Source of the DNA: the human T2T-CHM13v2.0 reference genome, Homo sapiens
Assembly (NCBI RefSeq): GCF_009914755.1
Contig: NC_060929.1
Strand: one strand, 5' to 3'
DNA length: 64,000 bases
Part shown: one piece after another, positions 34,026-47,905 of the stretch
Position numbering within the stretch: position 1 is the stretch's first letter
Layout: every line of letters starts with the position of its first letter
Translations under genes and position numbers: made by a program
The notes under the pieces: model-generated
The model's database searches: none
The model's input: only the letters and a program-made list of their open reading frames with translations
What the model was told of the DNA's origin: nothing

Positions 34026-34839
34026 TTAATACAATCCATAATTAATATTTCTAAAACCTGCGAGGAAATTAAGTTCCTATATGAAGTCTGACAGAGGATT
34101 ATGTAGAAAATGGCCTAAATACAATTCCTGAGACACATAAAACTAGTGAAAACACAACACAAATTTGGGGGCAAACCATATGGCTCTCCTAAGAAACTGG
34201 CACCAAATGTATTCCTGTTAGAACAATGGAGCTAGATGATTCCATTCACATTTATAGTGCCAGGACATAACACAGATCAAGGAAAAAGAAAATGAGATGC
34301 AGAAAGATTTTAAAATGTCACAATTTCAATATTCAATAAAAGGTTAGCTATGAAACCAAAATATGACTAGCTCCCATGTTAGCACTCTATTCTAAATATG
34401 CTGGGCTGAGCCCTACAGTATGCTATGGCAGCTGCATATATTAGTGACTCACAAAGGAGGAACAAGTGCTGAGGTTTTAGCATTTAAAAATAAATCCTAG
34501 TAAAGGAATGCAGTATGGTGTGGGAGCAAAGAGCACTCTACTAGGAGTCCAAAGACCAGGTTTGTAGTCTTAGTTCTGCCATACAATTTTTGTGGTCCCT
34601 TAAATTCTTTGTGCCATAGTTCTCTCTTATCCTTTGCTTTATCCTCCTTACCTGATCATTGTAGGAATCAAATGAAATGTTCTGAAACTGCAATAAACTA
34701 GGGTGGGTTGAATCTAGGTGCAAATATACAGGGTTACGCGGATCTCATTCATGCTTATATATTGCATTTCTTTCCTTCCTCATGAAGGGTTGTCAGAAAA
34801 GGCAGAGAAATAGATACAAAGCATAGCATTAAAAATGCT

Positions 34840-35145
34840 TTGTGCATGGTGGCATGGGTCACACCTGTAATCCCAGCACTTTGGGAAGCTGAGGTGGGAG
34901 GATCACTTGAGGCCAGCAGTTCTAGAACACCCCAGGCAACATAGCAAGACCCTATTTCTACAAAAATTTTAAAAGTTAGCCAGTTGTGTCTGTGCGTGCC
35001 TGTAGTTCCAGCTACTCAGGAGGCCAAGGTAGGAGGACTGCTTGAGCCCAGGAGGTTGTAGTAAGCTATGCTCATGCCATTGCACTCCAGCTTGGGCAAC
35101 AAAGAGAACTGGTCTCAAACAAACAAACAAAAACAAACAAAAAAA
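34840..35145 (+). mobile_element. AluJ-like SINE with (CAAA)n tail
   Basis: Diverged Alu dimer. Confidence 0.88.
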
Positions 35146-35642
35146 ACTGACTAGTCCTGAGGCTCCTGATTTCAATATGCCCTTACTTATTAACTTCATC
35201 ACAACCTTTGGTGAACATCTACCTTCTTTCCTGCATCAGCTTCCCTAATCTTTCTCTTTCTCCTTCAGCGCTTACAGGACTTGAGCAATACATAGGGTAA
35301 TTCACCATTTTCAAGTGACTAAACACTCTAGTACTTTCTATTGCTTGCTTCTTGGTGATCTCTTTAATTCTTTAGATGTCTGAATAAAATCCTGGGCCTA
35401 AGTTCTGCAGTATTAAACAACTCTAGTTAAATAGTAATAAATCCCTTTGCTATCATAACAATAAGTTTCATGTTATTGCAATGAACTTAATCCCAAATCC
35501 AAATAAGCTCTTTATCACAACAGAATGATTTCTTGCATTTCATGTCAATACATTCACCTGAAATCTTTAAGACTGTGCTTTATACAAAACCTCATTTCAT
35601 GCTCATCTTTTCTGTTAAGTGCTTGTTAAATGTGGCTGCAAT

Positions 35643-35716
35643 ACACACACACACACACACATAGACACACACACACACATAGACACACACACACACACAC
35701 ACACACAGACACACAC
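35643..35716. repeat. Interrupted (CA)n microsatellite
   Basis: Seen directly. It produces the HT-repeat in ORF 35619..36020. Confidence 0.95.
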
Positions 35717-36774
35717 GTGTGCACGTATTTTTTCTCTCAGTACTTTCTTTGGCAAAGCCCTAATGATCAACTACAGAGAAGGCAAGTTCTGGGATTTGCC
35801 TGCTCCTAAAAAGACCAAGCCTTTCAGCTTTTGTTCATGCTGCCTGTTAGCTGGAACACATACCACCACATACCTCATCACCCCAGATTCAAACGGCAAC
35901 ACCCTTCCTATTCAGGAGTTGGCTCAGACACCATCTTCCCTAGGAAAACCTTCATCCAGCATCCTCATCTGGTGCTGCAGTCATGTTCCCATGGGTGTCC
36001 CCAGTGTGTGGCCCTCCTAGGTGCTCCTGTGCTTCCTCCTCCCTTCACATGTTGACCTCTTGCCACCACCTCCATTAGATGCTGAGCTCACTAAGCTAAG
36101 ACTATTTTTCTTCATATGTACAGCCATGAGTAGAACATTAGGCAAACTACAGTGATCAATAAAGGCTGCATTTCTGATTCAAGGAACTCCAGAGGGGAGC
36201 TATAAAATGCCATGTGACTAATGTCTATGGACCACTAGGGGCTGCCTTTCTAGTTCTAAGATAGGTACTCGTACATTCCTAGTATCTCTGAGCTCACTAG
36301 AAGCAGCACAGCTAGCAGAAGCACATGACGGGGCTTATAAGACTTTGGGAAGACAGATAAAGGTGTGATAAAAGGAAGCAGCAAAGACACTTTAGGACTG
36401 TAGCCCAAAACATACAAATGTGAAAGTTAAGAGAGAAACAGTGAATTATAGTTATTTTACCTCTTCCACCTGCTCCCTTCTAAAGCTTAAAGGCACTTGC
36501 CATAATTTGCTGAAAAGAAGGACTACAAGGGCTTCTTTTAATTTAATATTCTTGGCAAGAGAATATTAAATACTTTGTCTGGTAGAACAAGGAAGCCAAT
36601 GGCAGGTCTATCTTTGGGCTTGCCAAAATATCATGGATGAAGCCTGATTATCAACACCCTTGCTCTTTCCTTCTCCCACTTAATCTCAATGCTTAAATCA
36701 AGCATACCACATACACACACAAATACAATAATGGGAAATGCTGTATTACAAAATACATGACTGTCACATCACTA

Positions 36775-36960
36775 TAACTGATGTAGCTGGATTATTTGTA
36801 ACACAAAAGATACATGCTTGAGAAGATGGATACCCCATTCTCCACAGTGTGATTATTTCACACCATATGCCTATATCAAAACATCTCATGTACCCCATAA
36901 ATATATTCACCTATTATGTGCCCACAAAAATTAAAAAATTTAATTTTTTTAAAAAAAGAA
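36775..36960 (+). mobile_element. L1MA-like extreme 3' end
   Basis: gatggataccccattctcc...catctcatgtaccccataaatata plus an A-rich tail. Confidence 0.75.
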
Positions 36961-38974
36961 AAGAACTGGATTTGCTAAATAAAGAAAATCAAGGTACACA
37001 GAATAAAAGGAAAGAATGAGATTACTCACACTGCATTTGTCCTCATGGGATATGATTGACCTTTATACAGCGCCTACACTATAGGGTTTCCAACAATCCA
37101 CTCAGGACTTCAGTAGAGAGACTCAGCTAACTTAGAAGCAGAGAACATTTGCTATTACAAATGATATGTGGAGGTAATATATGGAGGTAATAAAAGTTTG
37201 TGGTTACAGGTATATTCTCAAGGGGAAGACTAGCCAAATGAAACAGTAGATACAGCAAGCCATTTGCCTGAAAAACGGTCTTCAGGGTTTTGAGATCTTA
37301 GAATAGAAGGCCCCTTATACACTGTATCATATACATTTCTTGTACACTGTATCATAAAAATCATTATCATAGACATACTTATTTTTTCTAAAGGTTGCGT
37401 CCTATGATCTCTAACCTCCAGAGGGCAGAGCACAGAAGTCAGCAGGAATTACTTTCTCTTTTCATTCATGAACTGTTGTGGTACCTTAGAAAGCCTCTGT
37501 TAGCATTAGTTTTCCTTTTTATTTTAGAAAATGTGGAGACTTGTGCACATAAATGCAAAGCTAAAGAATTTAAAGTGATAAGGTTAATTAAATTCTGTAA
37601 CACATTTTAAAGAGTTTTACTAGTTGTTGGACTGTGTTCTGCTTTTTTTCTCCCATTTTATAACGTTTTTGCAGGCATTTCTATCATAAAGGAGAAATAA
37701 AAAGGCAAAACCATGTAAGGATTTATAGTTTTTAAAGGTGAATTTTTTTTCCCCAAACAGAACCTGGCTACTGTATATTCTAATTGAAGCTAGGAAAGAA
37801 TTATACGCTTTTATAAATGAGAAAAAAATTAAGCTAGCTGAAACTCTTATTAATTATGAATTCTCCTAAGAAAAGAATACTTTCATTTTGAGCTACTTTT
37901 CAATGTTGCTGAAAATTATCTGAAGGATGTCTCCCAAGAAAGGGTTTTCCTTAAAAAGCCTTCATATTTGTTGGCTTTTGATAACACATTTCATCCAAAA
38001 TAAGCAGGATTAATAAACTCCATTTACCTTTTATAATTCTTCTCCACAAAAAGTGAAGTCAAGATAAGATAGCTTTCAGCTCTATATGAGACCTGTGCTA
38101 TAGACACAGATTAAAGGCTGAAATGAAAAGATACTTGACTATAATTTGAATCAAGGTGAAGAAATAAAGAACAGCAGGAAAGGTAAATATAAAAGGTCAC
38201 CTAAAAGCAAATATTGGTACACATAAAGGTACATACATAAATATAACATTTCCTTTACAAGACTGTAAACACAGTTGCATAAAACAACAATTATAAATAT
38301 GTTCTGATGGGCAGATGAGTATAAAGATCGCTACAGTTTATATGACAAAGGCAGCACAAGCCAGGAGAGAGTGAGTGAAGCTATATGAGTATACTTTTTA
38401 ACACTAATAAGCTTAAGGTAATCCAAATTAAAAAACACAAGGTTTATTCTTTCATTCACCAGGTTTATTCTCAACTTCATAACAATTATTCTTTTTATCC
38501 CTTCAGAATCCAGACCTCCTATTGTAATACAAAAATCTAAACCTGTTTTAGTAATAGAGTTCTCATTTTGTCTCCAAAATTAAGAAACCAAGCTTTGTTT
38601 GTTGCCATTAAATGACAACAGTAACTGAATTCCTTTGTTTTTGTGGTCTGAAAGTTATACTTAGGAACACGTTTCCCGTACATGATATTGAGAACAAAAC
38701 AGATTCTTCATGTTGTTAGTGGTAATGGTGCTTGCCAGCAGAAAAGCTTAACAAAAGGAAAAGGAAGCCCAGAGGCAGAATGCATGGACTCTGGGCTTGG
38801 TTTTACTTTTTATTTTATTGGGTTACTTAACCTCTATGAAATTCTGCCTCTAGAAAGAAAATATCAAGAACCATCTCATGAGAGGGTTATAATGATAAAA
38901 TGGAGACAGAAGCATGTAACAACTTGGAAAAGTTAGAAGTGCTTTCTATATGTTCAAGGTGGATTACTTGAAAA

Positions 38975-39540
38975 ATTAATTCAACAAGTATGTATTGAGC
39001 CATGATGTACATAAGGCTCTATTCTACTCGGTGCTTATAACAGAGCCCCTGTCTTCATGGAGTTTGCATTCTGCTGAAGAAGGGGGAGAAAGGATCGTCT
39101 GAAGACGGAAGAGTTCTGTTGTATATAATAAGGTAGTCAAAGAAAGCTTCTCTGGTATTTTGAGTCTGAGTGAAGTGAGGCAGTGAGCCATGTGGATAGC
39201 TAGGAAAAAGTATTCTAGGCATAAAGAATAACAAATGCAAAGGTCCCAAGGCAAGATATTCTTACGATGTTCTAGAAACTTTCAGGAAGTGAGTGAGGGT
39301 GAAGTTAAGTGGGCAAGAGAGATAACAGATTCAGAGAGGCAGTTGGGGTGGCAAAGCAGGGGGAGTCTACAAACCATGGAAGTCTTGGAGACAATAGTAA
39401 GGACTCTGGACTTGAATCTAAGTGAGATGGGAAGTCATTGAGGGTTTTTGAGCTGCCATTGAGGGTTTTTGAGCCAACAAAGAAGTAGCATGATCCCATT
39501 TACATTTTGGCGAAAAAAATCACTCTGGCCACTGTGTGTG
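38975..39540. mobile_element. L2 LINE fragment
   Basis: attcaacaagtatgtattgagc, gagatgggaagtcattg and other L2 motifs. Confidence 0.6.
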
Positions 39541-40774
39541 TTTAAGTGTGAGTATATTTTTTCCCACTCAACCTTTCTCGCTTTGTTCTTTGACTAGAGG
39601 GACCTAATTATAAATCTCTTAACATGCACCATCCTCCCACACACCAGTGTCTATTCTTTTATTTCCTGCAACACTTAATCCCTGTCAAGCTGCCCCATCC
39701 CTCAGATCTCCTGCAAATACTCCATACATCCCATGGGAAGCCTCTTTGTTGCTCCCCAACAATGGAACTGGGAATGAGATGCCAGGTTCTGCAGGCTCTG
39801 CTTTGCTCACCTTTCATCTTAAGTACTGATTTCCATGACTCTGCCCCCATAAGACTGGGCTGCCTGAAGGACCATATCTTTTTTCATTTCCTCAGAGCCT
39901 ATGATAGTACTTTGTACATATCAAGTCCTCAGTAAATATTTTATGTCTGAATAAACAAGTAAATTAACATACTCAGAAGGTAATTTTACCAAAATTCAAG
40001 ACAAAACATCAAAGAATATTCCTTTGGTCATTCACAATGTCGAGAGGACAGAAGGAACTAAACCAGCAAATTCATAAAACATTGGCTCATTCATCTATGA
40101 TTTTACAGAGGTAGGAATAAGCCAGATAAAGAGGGAGTGGGCACTGAATGTACAAACACCTAAGAATGGGAAACACCATGATGCCTTTCTGTAGATCTTA
40201 GTAGACCTTAAGTTCTGCGGGCAAGGATGAGATAGGCTGCTGGGGAGCGAATCGCAAAGGCAGATGGGCTAAGTAGAACCAAGCAGTGTTGACTATGTTT
40301 ACAGATTTTAAATAGCAACAACTTCATCTAGCTTTAGTTTTAGACTAGTCAATCTGGCAGTCGTGTGCTTGATTACCAGGACGTAGGGGCAGTCAGCAGT
40401 CAGGGACCTTTGGAATGCTGCAGTAGTGATCTATGCAGATGTAAAGAAGGCCTTAACAGGGATAAACAGAGTAGAAATACATAGTGGGGAGCAGACTACA
40501 AGAGTCACATTGATGCAATATTTATAGTGCTTGGTGTACGTAGGGGTAGGGGCAGAGAGGGACCATGGATGCCCTGCCAAATGATAACTGGGAGATCATC
40601 ACTTCTCTAGTTGGGCCAAATAAGCAGAACATATTTAGGGGGAATGATGATTTAGTTGGCAAAATTTGTTGCAGATGAGGTGGCTGTGGAACAACCAGGT
40701 GGAGTTGTGTAATAGGAAGTTAGAAATATAGTTCTATGGCTGATCAGAAGATTCTAGTGTGGAAAAATGATTAA

Positions 40775-41068
40775 GGAGCCACTGAGTGAAAAATAGTACT
40801 TGGTACCAAAGATTCAGATGGCACCTTAGAAGGCTGCAGAGCAGAGGGCATTATAAAGAGTTCTGGAGGGAACCCATAAAGGAAGGAATGGGGAATCTAT
40901 CTATGGATACAAGTGGTGGAGGGAGCCACTGAGTGAAAAATAGTAGTTGGTACCAAAGATTCAGATGGCACCTTAGAAGGCTGCAGAGCAGAGGGCATTA
41001 TAAAGAGTTCTGGAGGGAACCCATAAAGGAAGGAATGGGGAATCTATCTATGGATACAAGTGGTGGAG
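40775..41068. repeat. Tandem duplication, 2 x 147 bp, one mismatch
   Basis: Copies at 40775-40921 and 40922-41068 differ only at tagtaCttgg/tagtaGttgg. Confidence 0.97.
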
Positions 41069-42189
41069 GCAGCTCTGCAACCCGCAGCACATGGTTTACA
41101 GGTTTGTACCCAAGGCTGCTGCTGCAGTCAAGGCCTTTATCAGACAGAGGGGGCATAGAAAATTTAATGCAATTGGCTTTAACTTTAAAGACATACCTCA
41201 GAAATTACATACATCATAAATACTCAAATCCCACTGACCCAAACTTGGTAGCATGGATGTATCTATGCACAGGAAGGCTAGGAAATGTAGCCAGTCACTG
41301 GGTTTATCTGTGTGCCCAGATAAAACAGGGAGGAGTCTAATGCAAAAAGGAAGAAATGGAGATAGGTATTAGAAGATATAATTAGATTTTTGGATTATTT
41401 TCTTTTAAACATATTGCTGATGTAAGTCTCACCTAAGCAAAGAGAGCTTTGTCCAGGGAAAATGAAAAAAAAAAAAAAAAACCTGAAGCTTCCTGAAAGG
41501 GCAGATGTGGGTGGGACGCTGGTGCAGAGGTAGCTTTGTGAGGATGTGGCATGGTGCAGTATGAACACAGGCTGCACCACACTGAATCAAATTCCAGCTC
41601 TGTCACTTTCCTGGATAAGCTTCTTAATACCCATATCTCAACCTTACTTCAGAGGATCAATGAGATTAAGCATATGCAGTGCCAAGCACAGCACCTCCAC
41701 CTGGTAAGGACTCAGATTGTTACTCCTTTCCTTTCTTCACATTTTTAAAGGGCAGAAGATAAGATATACCTAGAAATGAAAAAGAAGCTTAAGAAGAAAG
41801 GTGGCTGGACACCAAAAAAAACTTTGCCTACTTCAAAACTTTGCCTGTAACTCTGATGTCTAGGCTCAAATGAAAATCAAGTTACAATGCCAGTCTGACC
41901 CGTGTGCCTGACATACGTTGCAGAGGTAGTCTGAGGGCAGGTGTTACTCCAGAGCAGCACCCGTAGGTAGCCAGGTCTCAGGTTTTAGAAGCTGCTGGAG
42001 TCTGAACTAAAGGCAGTAACTGGTTGCAAGAGTTTCCTTTGTCTTATTAAAACAACAACAAAAAACACATTTTTACAAAGCCAAGCAATGCTATATTTAT
42101 AAACAACCTGCAAATTAACTGTAACCCTATCGATAAGGAAATAGATAGCCCTACCCGAAAACCAGTTAATAGCTCTATCCACTTACAGA

Positions 42190-42221
<32 letters not shown>

Positions 42222-44484
42222 CAGCAAAACAGCAGCACAAGAATACAAGACTATATTTCTCAGGTTTTAATCCTTCTTTGCAAACTTTACTCCCATGTCT
42301 TACAAAACTCTAGAGATTGCTCCCCTAGGCTGTTCACTTAATCATAAGGCAGCAGAAGTTACCTGGCATATCTAAAAGAACAGATTCTTAACTGAAGAGA
42401 TTACCAGGAGTGAAAAAACTCTCTTCCCTACCTCTTTTCCAGCTCTTCTCAACTTTTAACCAAAGCAAAAGATGCAAAAAAGAAATAGCAGGTTCCCTGT
42501 CTTCCCTTGAGCTGGGCCAGTAACCATGAGTCCAGGTGAACAAAATAGTAGCAGCTACATATTCGAGAGCCACAAGTAAAATGTGTGAGAAGAGAAACTG
42601 TTGATTATTTTTCAAAGGTTAACTGTTTACTGTGAATAATTCATTACTATTATTTTAATCATAAGTACATTGTTTTATTGGTTTGTTGAAATGAAACTAT
42701 CTACGGAAAAATACCTCATTCCAATTCTGTTTTAAAACTCAGTGCTAATTTCCCCACTGAGAGAAGGAAAGAAGTAAAAAATATGATCTTTCTTCTGTGG
42801 AAAGCTTTAATAAGATATTTCTAGTCTGAAGTTGGTGGCATCATTTATTTTCCTCTATCAGAAATTCCAGCTGAGGAGAAAGAAAGGACTTGGGTGGAAG
42901 AAAAGAATTTGCAAAATATAGGCCTAATGTTTTGAAAACAAATACACAAAAATAAACTAAAATAAGTTGAACTTCAGTGCCTTCGTGTGTCAATATTAAG
43001 GTTCACAACAAAAAGAAAGTCTGAAAGAGTTTTTTCCAAATAGACATTATTTTCCAGAAAAGATTTGGATTTGATTTGCATGCTTGGCATCCTCTTGCCT
43101 CTGAAATGAAGTATTTTGGATGCTTTGCAAGGCATTCTCAGAAGTCACCTGTGCTGGTACCATTTCTATTATTCCATATTTATGCACCACTGCTCACCTC
43201 CCACTGTTTACTCAATTTATGATAACACATATTTATAGCTGTTTTCACAACAAAATCATTTTGTGGCATACATTTCTCTGTAACCAAACTTTCCCAGGGG
43301 AAGCAGGTGGGATGTGAATCTTCTAGTTCCGTGCTTTAACATAATGCTGCATCACTAAACAAAAAGAGGGCAAATGAACTGTCATTTCCACTCAGATTAG
43401 CAGGTCTCAAAGTGAGAAGAGGTAGATTTTAAAACTAAGAATGATAAAGAATAAAGGAGGATGAAGAGAAGGCAAAGAAGATGAAGAAAGCATTCAATAT
43501 CAACTTTTAAAATCAGTAGAAGCCAATGGGTTCAGGTTAGGAAGGCAATTAAGCTCAGTTCGTCCAAAGACACTGAGTCAGGAACAAGGAAGAAACTTAC
43601 ACTGATAGTTCCTTGGTGAGACAACTGGGCTTTGGAATCAGAGACACCAGGTCTAATCAGAGTTCTACTAGTTCTAACAGAACTTCGGGCAAGTTACTTA
43701 ACCTCTCTAAAGCTCTGTTTCTGGACATACTAAGAGCACTTATATCAAGTTCATGGGCCCATACATATACACAGAGCTTGGTGTATTCTTGGCACACAGT
43801 AAACACTAAAAAATGGTAGCTATTATTATTGCAATGTGAAGGAAGAGGAAAAAGACTGAATGTAAGCTTCATGAGATCAGTAATTTTTGTCCAGTTTTGG
43901 TCACTGCCACATCCTAGCATGCCTAGCATGTAACAGGCACTCAAATATTTAATGATTTATCAAAATAAAAGTATAATACCTTTCAGAGCTATCACCTAGT
44001 CCATTATTTTGTAACATCTTCTGGATACGGCACCTCACAGCTTTGAGGGCCATATGGTCCATTTGAAAATAACTGTTGTTAAGATGTATGTTCTGTTGTG
44101 GCTTTTCATTTCACGCACAGATAGCAACCACTATAATCATCTTAAAACCTGAATCAATACATCCATACAGACATCTTTTCACTTCCTTTGGAGATATTAA
44201 AGCTTTTACTTTTAATATGTATGCATAAAGCTTTTACTTTTAATAGGTATGCAGGACAAATATTTGAAGAACATGCTGATGTTTGGTTTCACTCAAAGTT
44301 AACCATTTAGCTAAATAAATAATAAGTAACTGTTTTTGTCATCTTTCTCTCTCAAATGTAAATGCTATCACCTTGAATGAGCCAGAGAAAATAAAATCCA
44401 CAGTTAGGTGACCTGGTGGTACACTGGGTTTTGATGTATTGCAAATTTCCAAAAGCAGTATTTGGGGAGCACAGTACATGTTAC

Positions 44485-44574
44485 CTTTGCAGAATGCTCC
44501 ATGGTGACCACCACTTTGGTTTTCGCACTGGACACTAAATCCATAGCACCTCCCATTCCTTTCACCATCTTCCC
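44485..44574 (-). CDS. OXCT1: OXCT1 exon 14 (90 nt): [30 protein letters not shown]
   Basis: Manual minus-strand translation gives the CoA-transferase GMGGAMDLV motif. Acceptor ttttgcag|GGG, donor AAG|gtaaca, phase 0/0. Confidence 0.98.
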
Positions 44575-47519
44575 CTGCAAAACAAAAAATAAATAGCTCT
44601 GTATCTTTCACTTCTTTTGTATGTGACAGAACAAAATTAACTTGCAAAAATAAGCTACTAGAATCATTAAAAACTCATTGTCCTTCATTGCTTAGTGCTT
44701 GAAGTTCTATAACCTAATATTCTGTCACTCTATTATTCTGTGGTTGAAGGATAAAGTTCAGGATAAACATTACATCACTTTTATTAAGTGTGGCTAATAT
44801 GATTTTCTTGACATTTTAGCAATAAGACAATCAGTGGATTAAAAAAAATTAAAAACCTTTCCAGAATTCTGGGACATTACTATTATTACACTATCAGATT
44901 GAAATCCAAACACCCCTGACATCCACTTCTTTTTAAACACAATCAACTCTACTGAGTCTTCAATTAAGGGCACTTTCTAAAGTACTCTTGGATTTCCTGC
45001 AGATTAAAATTCCATTATGTAGTAGTAGGCTGAGGCATGAATGGTGTTTTTCTAGTAATGGCTAATATGAAAGGTGGCTCTGTCTTTCTAACACTTGGCA
45101 TTTATCTTGCGCTTAGAAAAATAAAATAAAAAACATTCTTGCTAAGCAAAAACAGAACACAGAAACAGAGTTCAGGATCATTTCACCATTATCATTCTAT
45201 TTTTGATCATCTGGCCATCCCTTCATTCATTATACTTTTACCAACCACCTTCTATGTACCACATGCTCTGAAAAAGTCCATCCGTCTATTCTGTCTCCTG
45301 CTTACAGAGTTCTGGAAAAAGCAAGTGTTTCCAGAGATGATAAAATGATTCTTACTCAAGTATATTGAGGAGAAATGTCTTTGAACTGAAACCTCCTTAA
45401 AATTTTATTTATTTTTTAGCCCAAGTCCTCTTGCTGATTTGCCAGTAAAGTCTTAGAGGGCTCTTAGCTCCTTTCTGATAATGTTAGAGCTATAAGGAGA
45501 TCAAGAAATGCACACAACATGGCTTTAAAACACGGTCTCGAATTCCATGATTTTGGAGACATTTTACAGGTCAATGAAACAGAACATGAACATGAATTAG
45601 ATGAGCAGTATGAAGAAAAGAAGTAGTCACCACATTTTTGTGGTTTGGAATCTGTCAGTAAATAAGATAGATGGCAGCTGGCAACAGCTGGGGGACAAGG
45701 GATGAGGGTGGCAGGGGAGAGAATGCAGAGTACAAAATGAGCCTGGTTTCAGACCGTTTGAAGCAGAACATAATGTGGAAATGCATACTTTTAAACTTCT
45801 ATAAGCAATGCCTTCATTCTTAGCTGCAACCCTAATAAACTGGGGCCAATTTATTAAGTTGGTCATAATATTTCTGTAGAGAACATTGATATCGTACAAA
45901 ATATAAATAAGTCAGAGATGGAAGCAATCAATGCCTATCAAATTCTAATGAGAAAGTTTGAGATTTGTAGAGCAACAAAAGACACTAAAGCAACCCTATG
46001 ATAAAATGTGTCAATCTGCTATGGTAAGAACATCCAGGCAGTCTCAGTTTCTATACATAGTGTCCTTGGCAGACTGAGGGGGCGAGCGCTGGAAGAATGA
46101 AAAGGCAGCAGCCAAAGAAAACCAGAAACCAAGCTAGAGAGTTAACAACTCTTTGAATTAAAAAAAAGTCCCTGAATTAGAATATACCACAGGCAAATTC
46201 TGTCCCCTGTGACAAAATGGTTACATAGGTAAAAACTTATGACAGCCTCTAACAAGAAGGAAGCCTGCCCAATTTAGATGAATCTGATTTATACATTTTA
46301 AATTACTGTCAATTAGTTTAGAAATATGTATAGAGGCCCTGCAGGGTACAAACCAGTGTGCTGGCAAGAATATAACACACTATGAAACATGGTAGACCAA
46401 GCATGTCTGTTTTTGTTAAAAACACTCTTGACTCAATATAAGTGAATAGCCTTCACTCAAAGAGATTCAGCTGGCTTGATGTCTCATTTCCAAAGCACAT
46501 GTTACAACCTTTAAAGCACTATTTTGATTCTTAAATTTAATGCTTGTTTCCAAGAGTGAAAAATGCACAAGATTAGATGCAGAACACCTGAGATCTAGCC
46601 TGTTAACTATGAGTCAATGGCAAAACACCAAATCTCTCTGAATTTGTGTTCATTATCTGTACACCAGGAATAAGAATATCTGTCCTACCATAGAGCTGTG
46701 GTGAGCACTGTATGAGATGATGTATGCAAACGTGTAATAAATAGAGTTTATAAATGTATTCACTTATCTTCAATCAATTCAACTTACTGAATGTCTAGTA
46801 TAAGTGTTGCTGTATACTAGGGTGCTAGAGTCAGATCAAAACAAGGTCCTTCTCCTGGAAAAGCTTGTTGCCTATGGAAGGAAAAGTATCCATGAATACT
46901 AAAAGACTCAGACTACACTTCCTTCCTCTAAAAGGAACATTTTCACCTCTCTCTTATCACAAAGTACAGATAAGTGTCTTTTCCCTAAGCCTTTATACTA
47001 TTCAGTATGTAATGCTATCACAGTGAATTTCAACTGTTCTCTTTCCCTGCCTTCCCTCTTTCTCTTCTTCTCTCCATTATAAATATTTGGATGAGTGAGT
47101 GGATGAATGAATTAAACCAACAAAGGTATAACACTGAGGATGCAACTGCTAACTGTGGCTGGGAAAGCAGGCAGGGAAGGAAGTAGCTCAGGGAGATTCC
47201 CAAATGAGGGGATTCACACAAGTAGCCCATTAGGTGGTAAGAGCAATACTGTGAAAGATAAGAGCAGTATCTTTTAATAGCATTTCTAGCAGGTCACAGG
47301 AAAACCTTCAAATATCTGGTTTTTCTGCTTTTAGTGTGTTCACTGTATTGGAAACAGAAAATAAAATGTTTCCCTCCATTTCAATTCCCAAAGGATTTCT
47401 GAAACAGTCCATTACTAAAAAGAAGAAAAGGCGTTCTATTTATACCAGGAGGAAAATAAAACAGGGTTATACAAGGCATACTCCCTGACATAAGCGGGAA
47501 ATGCATCATCATCCTTCAC

Positions 47520-47905
47520 TCCAGCTTAGCTAGGCATTCTTTTGGGTCCCCACCACTTGCATCTCCCAGATCTCTATTCCAGTTAGGGGTGGCCATGTGC
47601 CTGAGTTCCAGACAATGGAAAAAATGGAGGTGACATCTATGATTTTCAGCTCTGGCCTACAAAAATCTCTTTCATGCAGTTCATGTTTTTTCACGTTCTG
47701 CAATCTGGACGCTGACATCCAAAGCGACTTTGGAAGATGGCTGAGTTTCCTTCAGCCTTGGTCCTTAAAGGACCATCTGTTGCACAGCCCACTTCTTTGG
47801 AACTACATTGCACCATTCAAAATGAGTAAAAAAATAAGTGCACAGGGTGCTAAGCCACTCAAACTGAAGGGTTTATTTGTTACAGAAGCTAGTATGACTA
47901 ATATA
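47520..47905 (+). mobile_element. MLT1 (MaLR) LTR remnant
   Basis: gagttccagacaatgg and gctaagccact...tttatttgttacag are MLT1 motifs. Confidence 0.55.

Noticed and set aside
35619-36020. 133-aa ORF with His-Thr repeats
   Set aside because: Artefact of the (CA)n microsatellite.
40933-41340. 135-aa plus-strand ORF
   Set aside because: It has a non-ATG start inside the tandem duplication, runs through unique or repeat-like sequence and resembles no known protein family.
44339-44647. 102-aa minus-strand ORF overlapping exon 14
   Set aside because: It is an alternative reading frame across a real exon and its introns. The conserved CoA-transferase motif lies in another frame.
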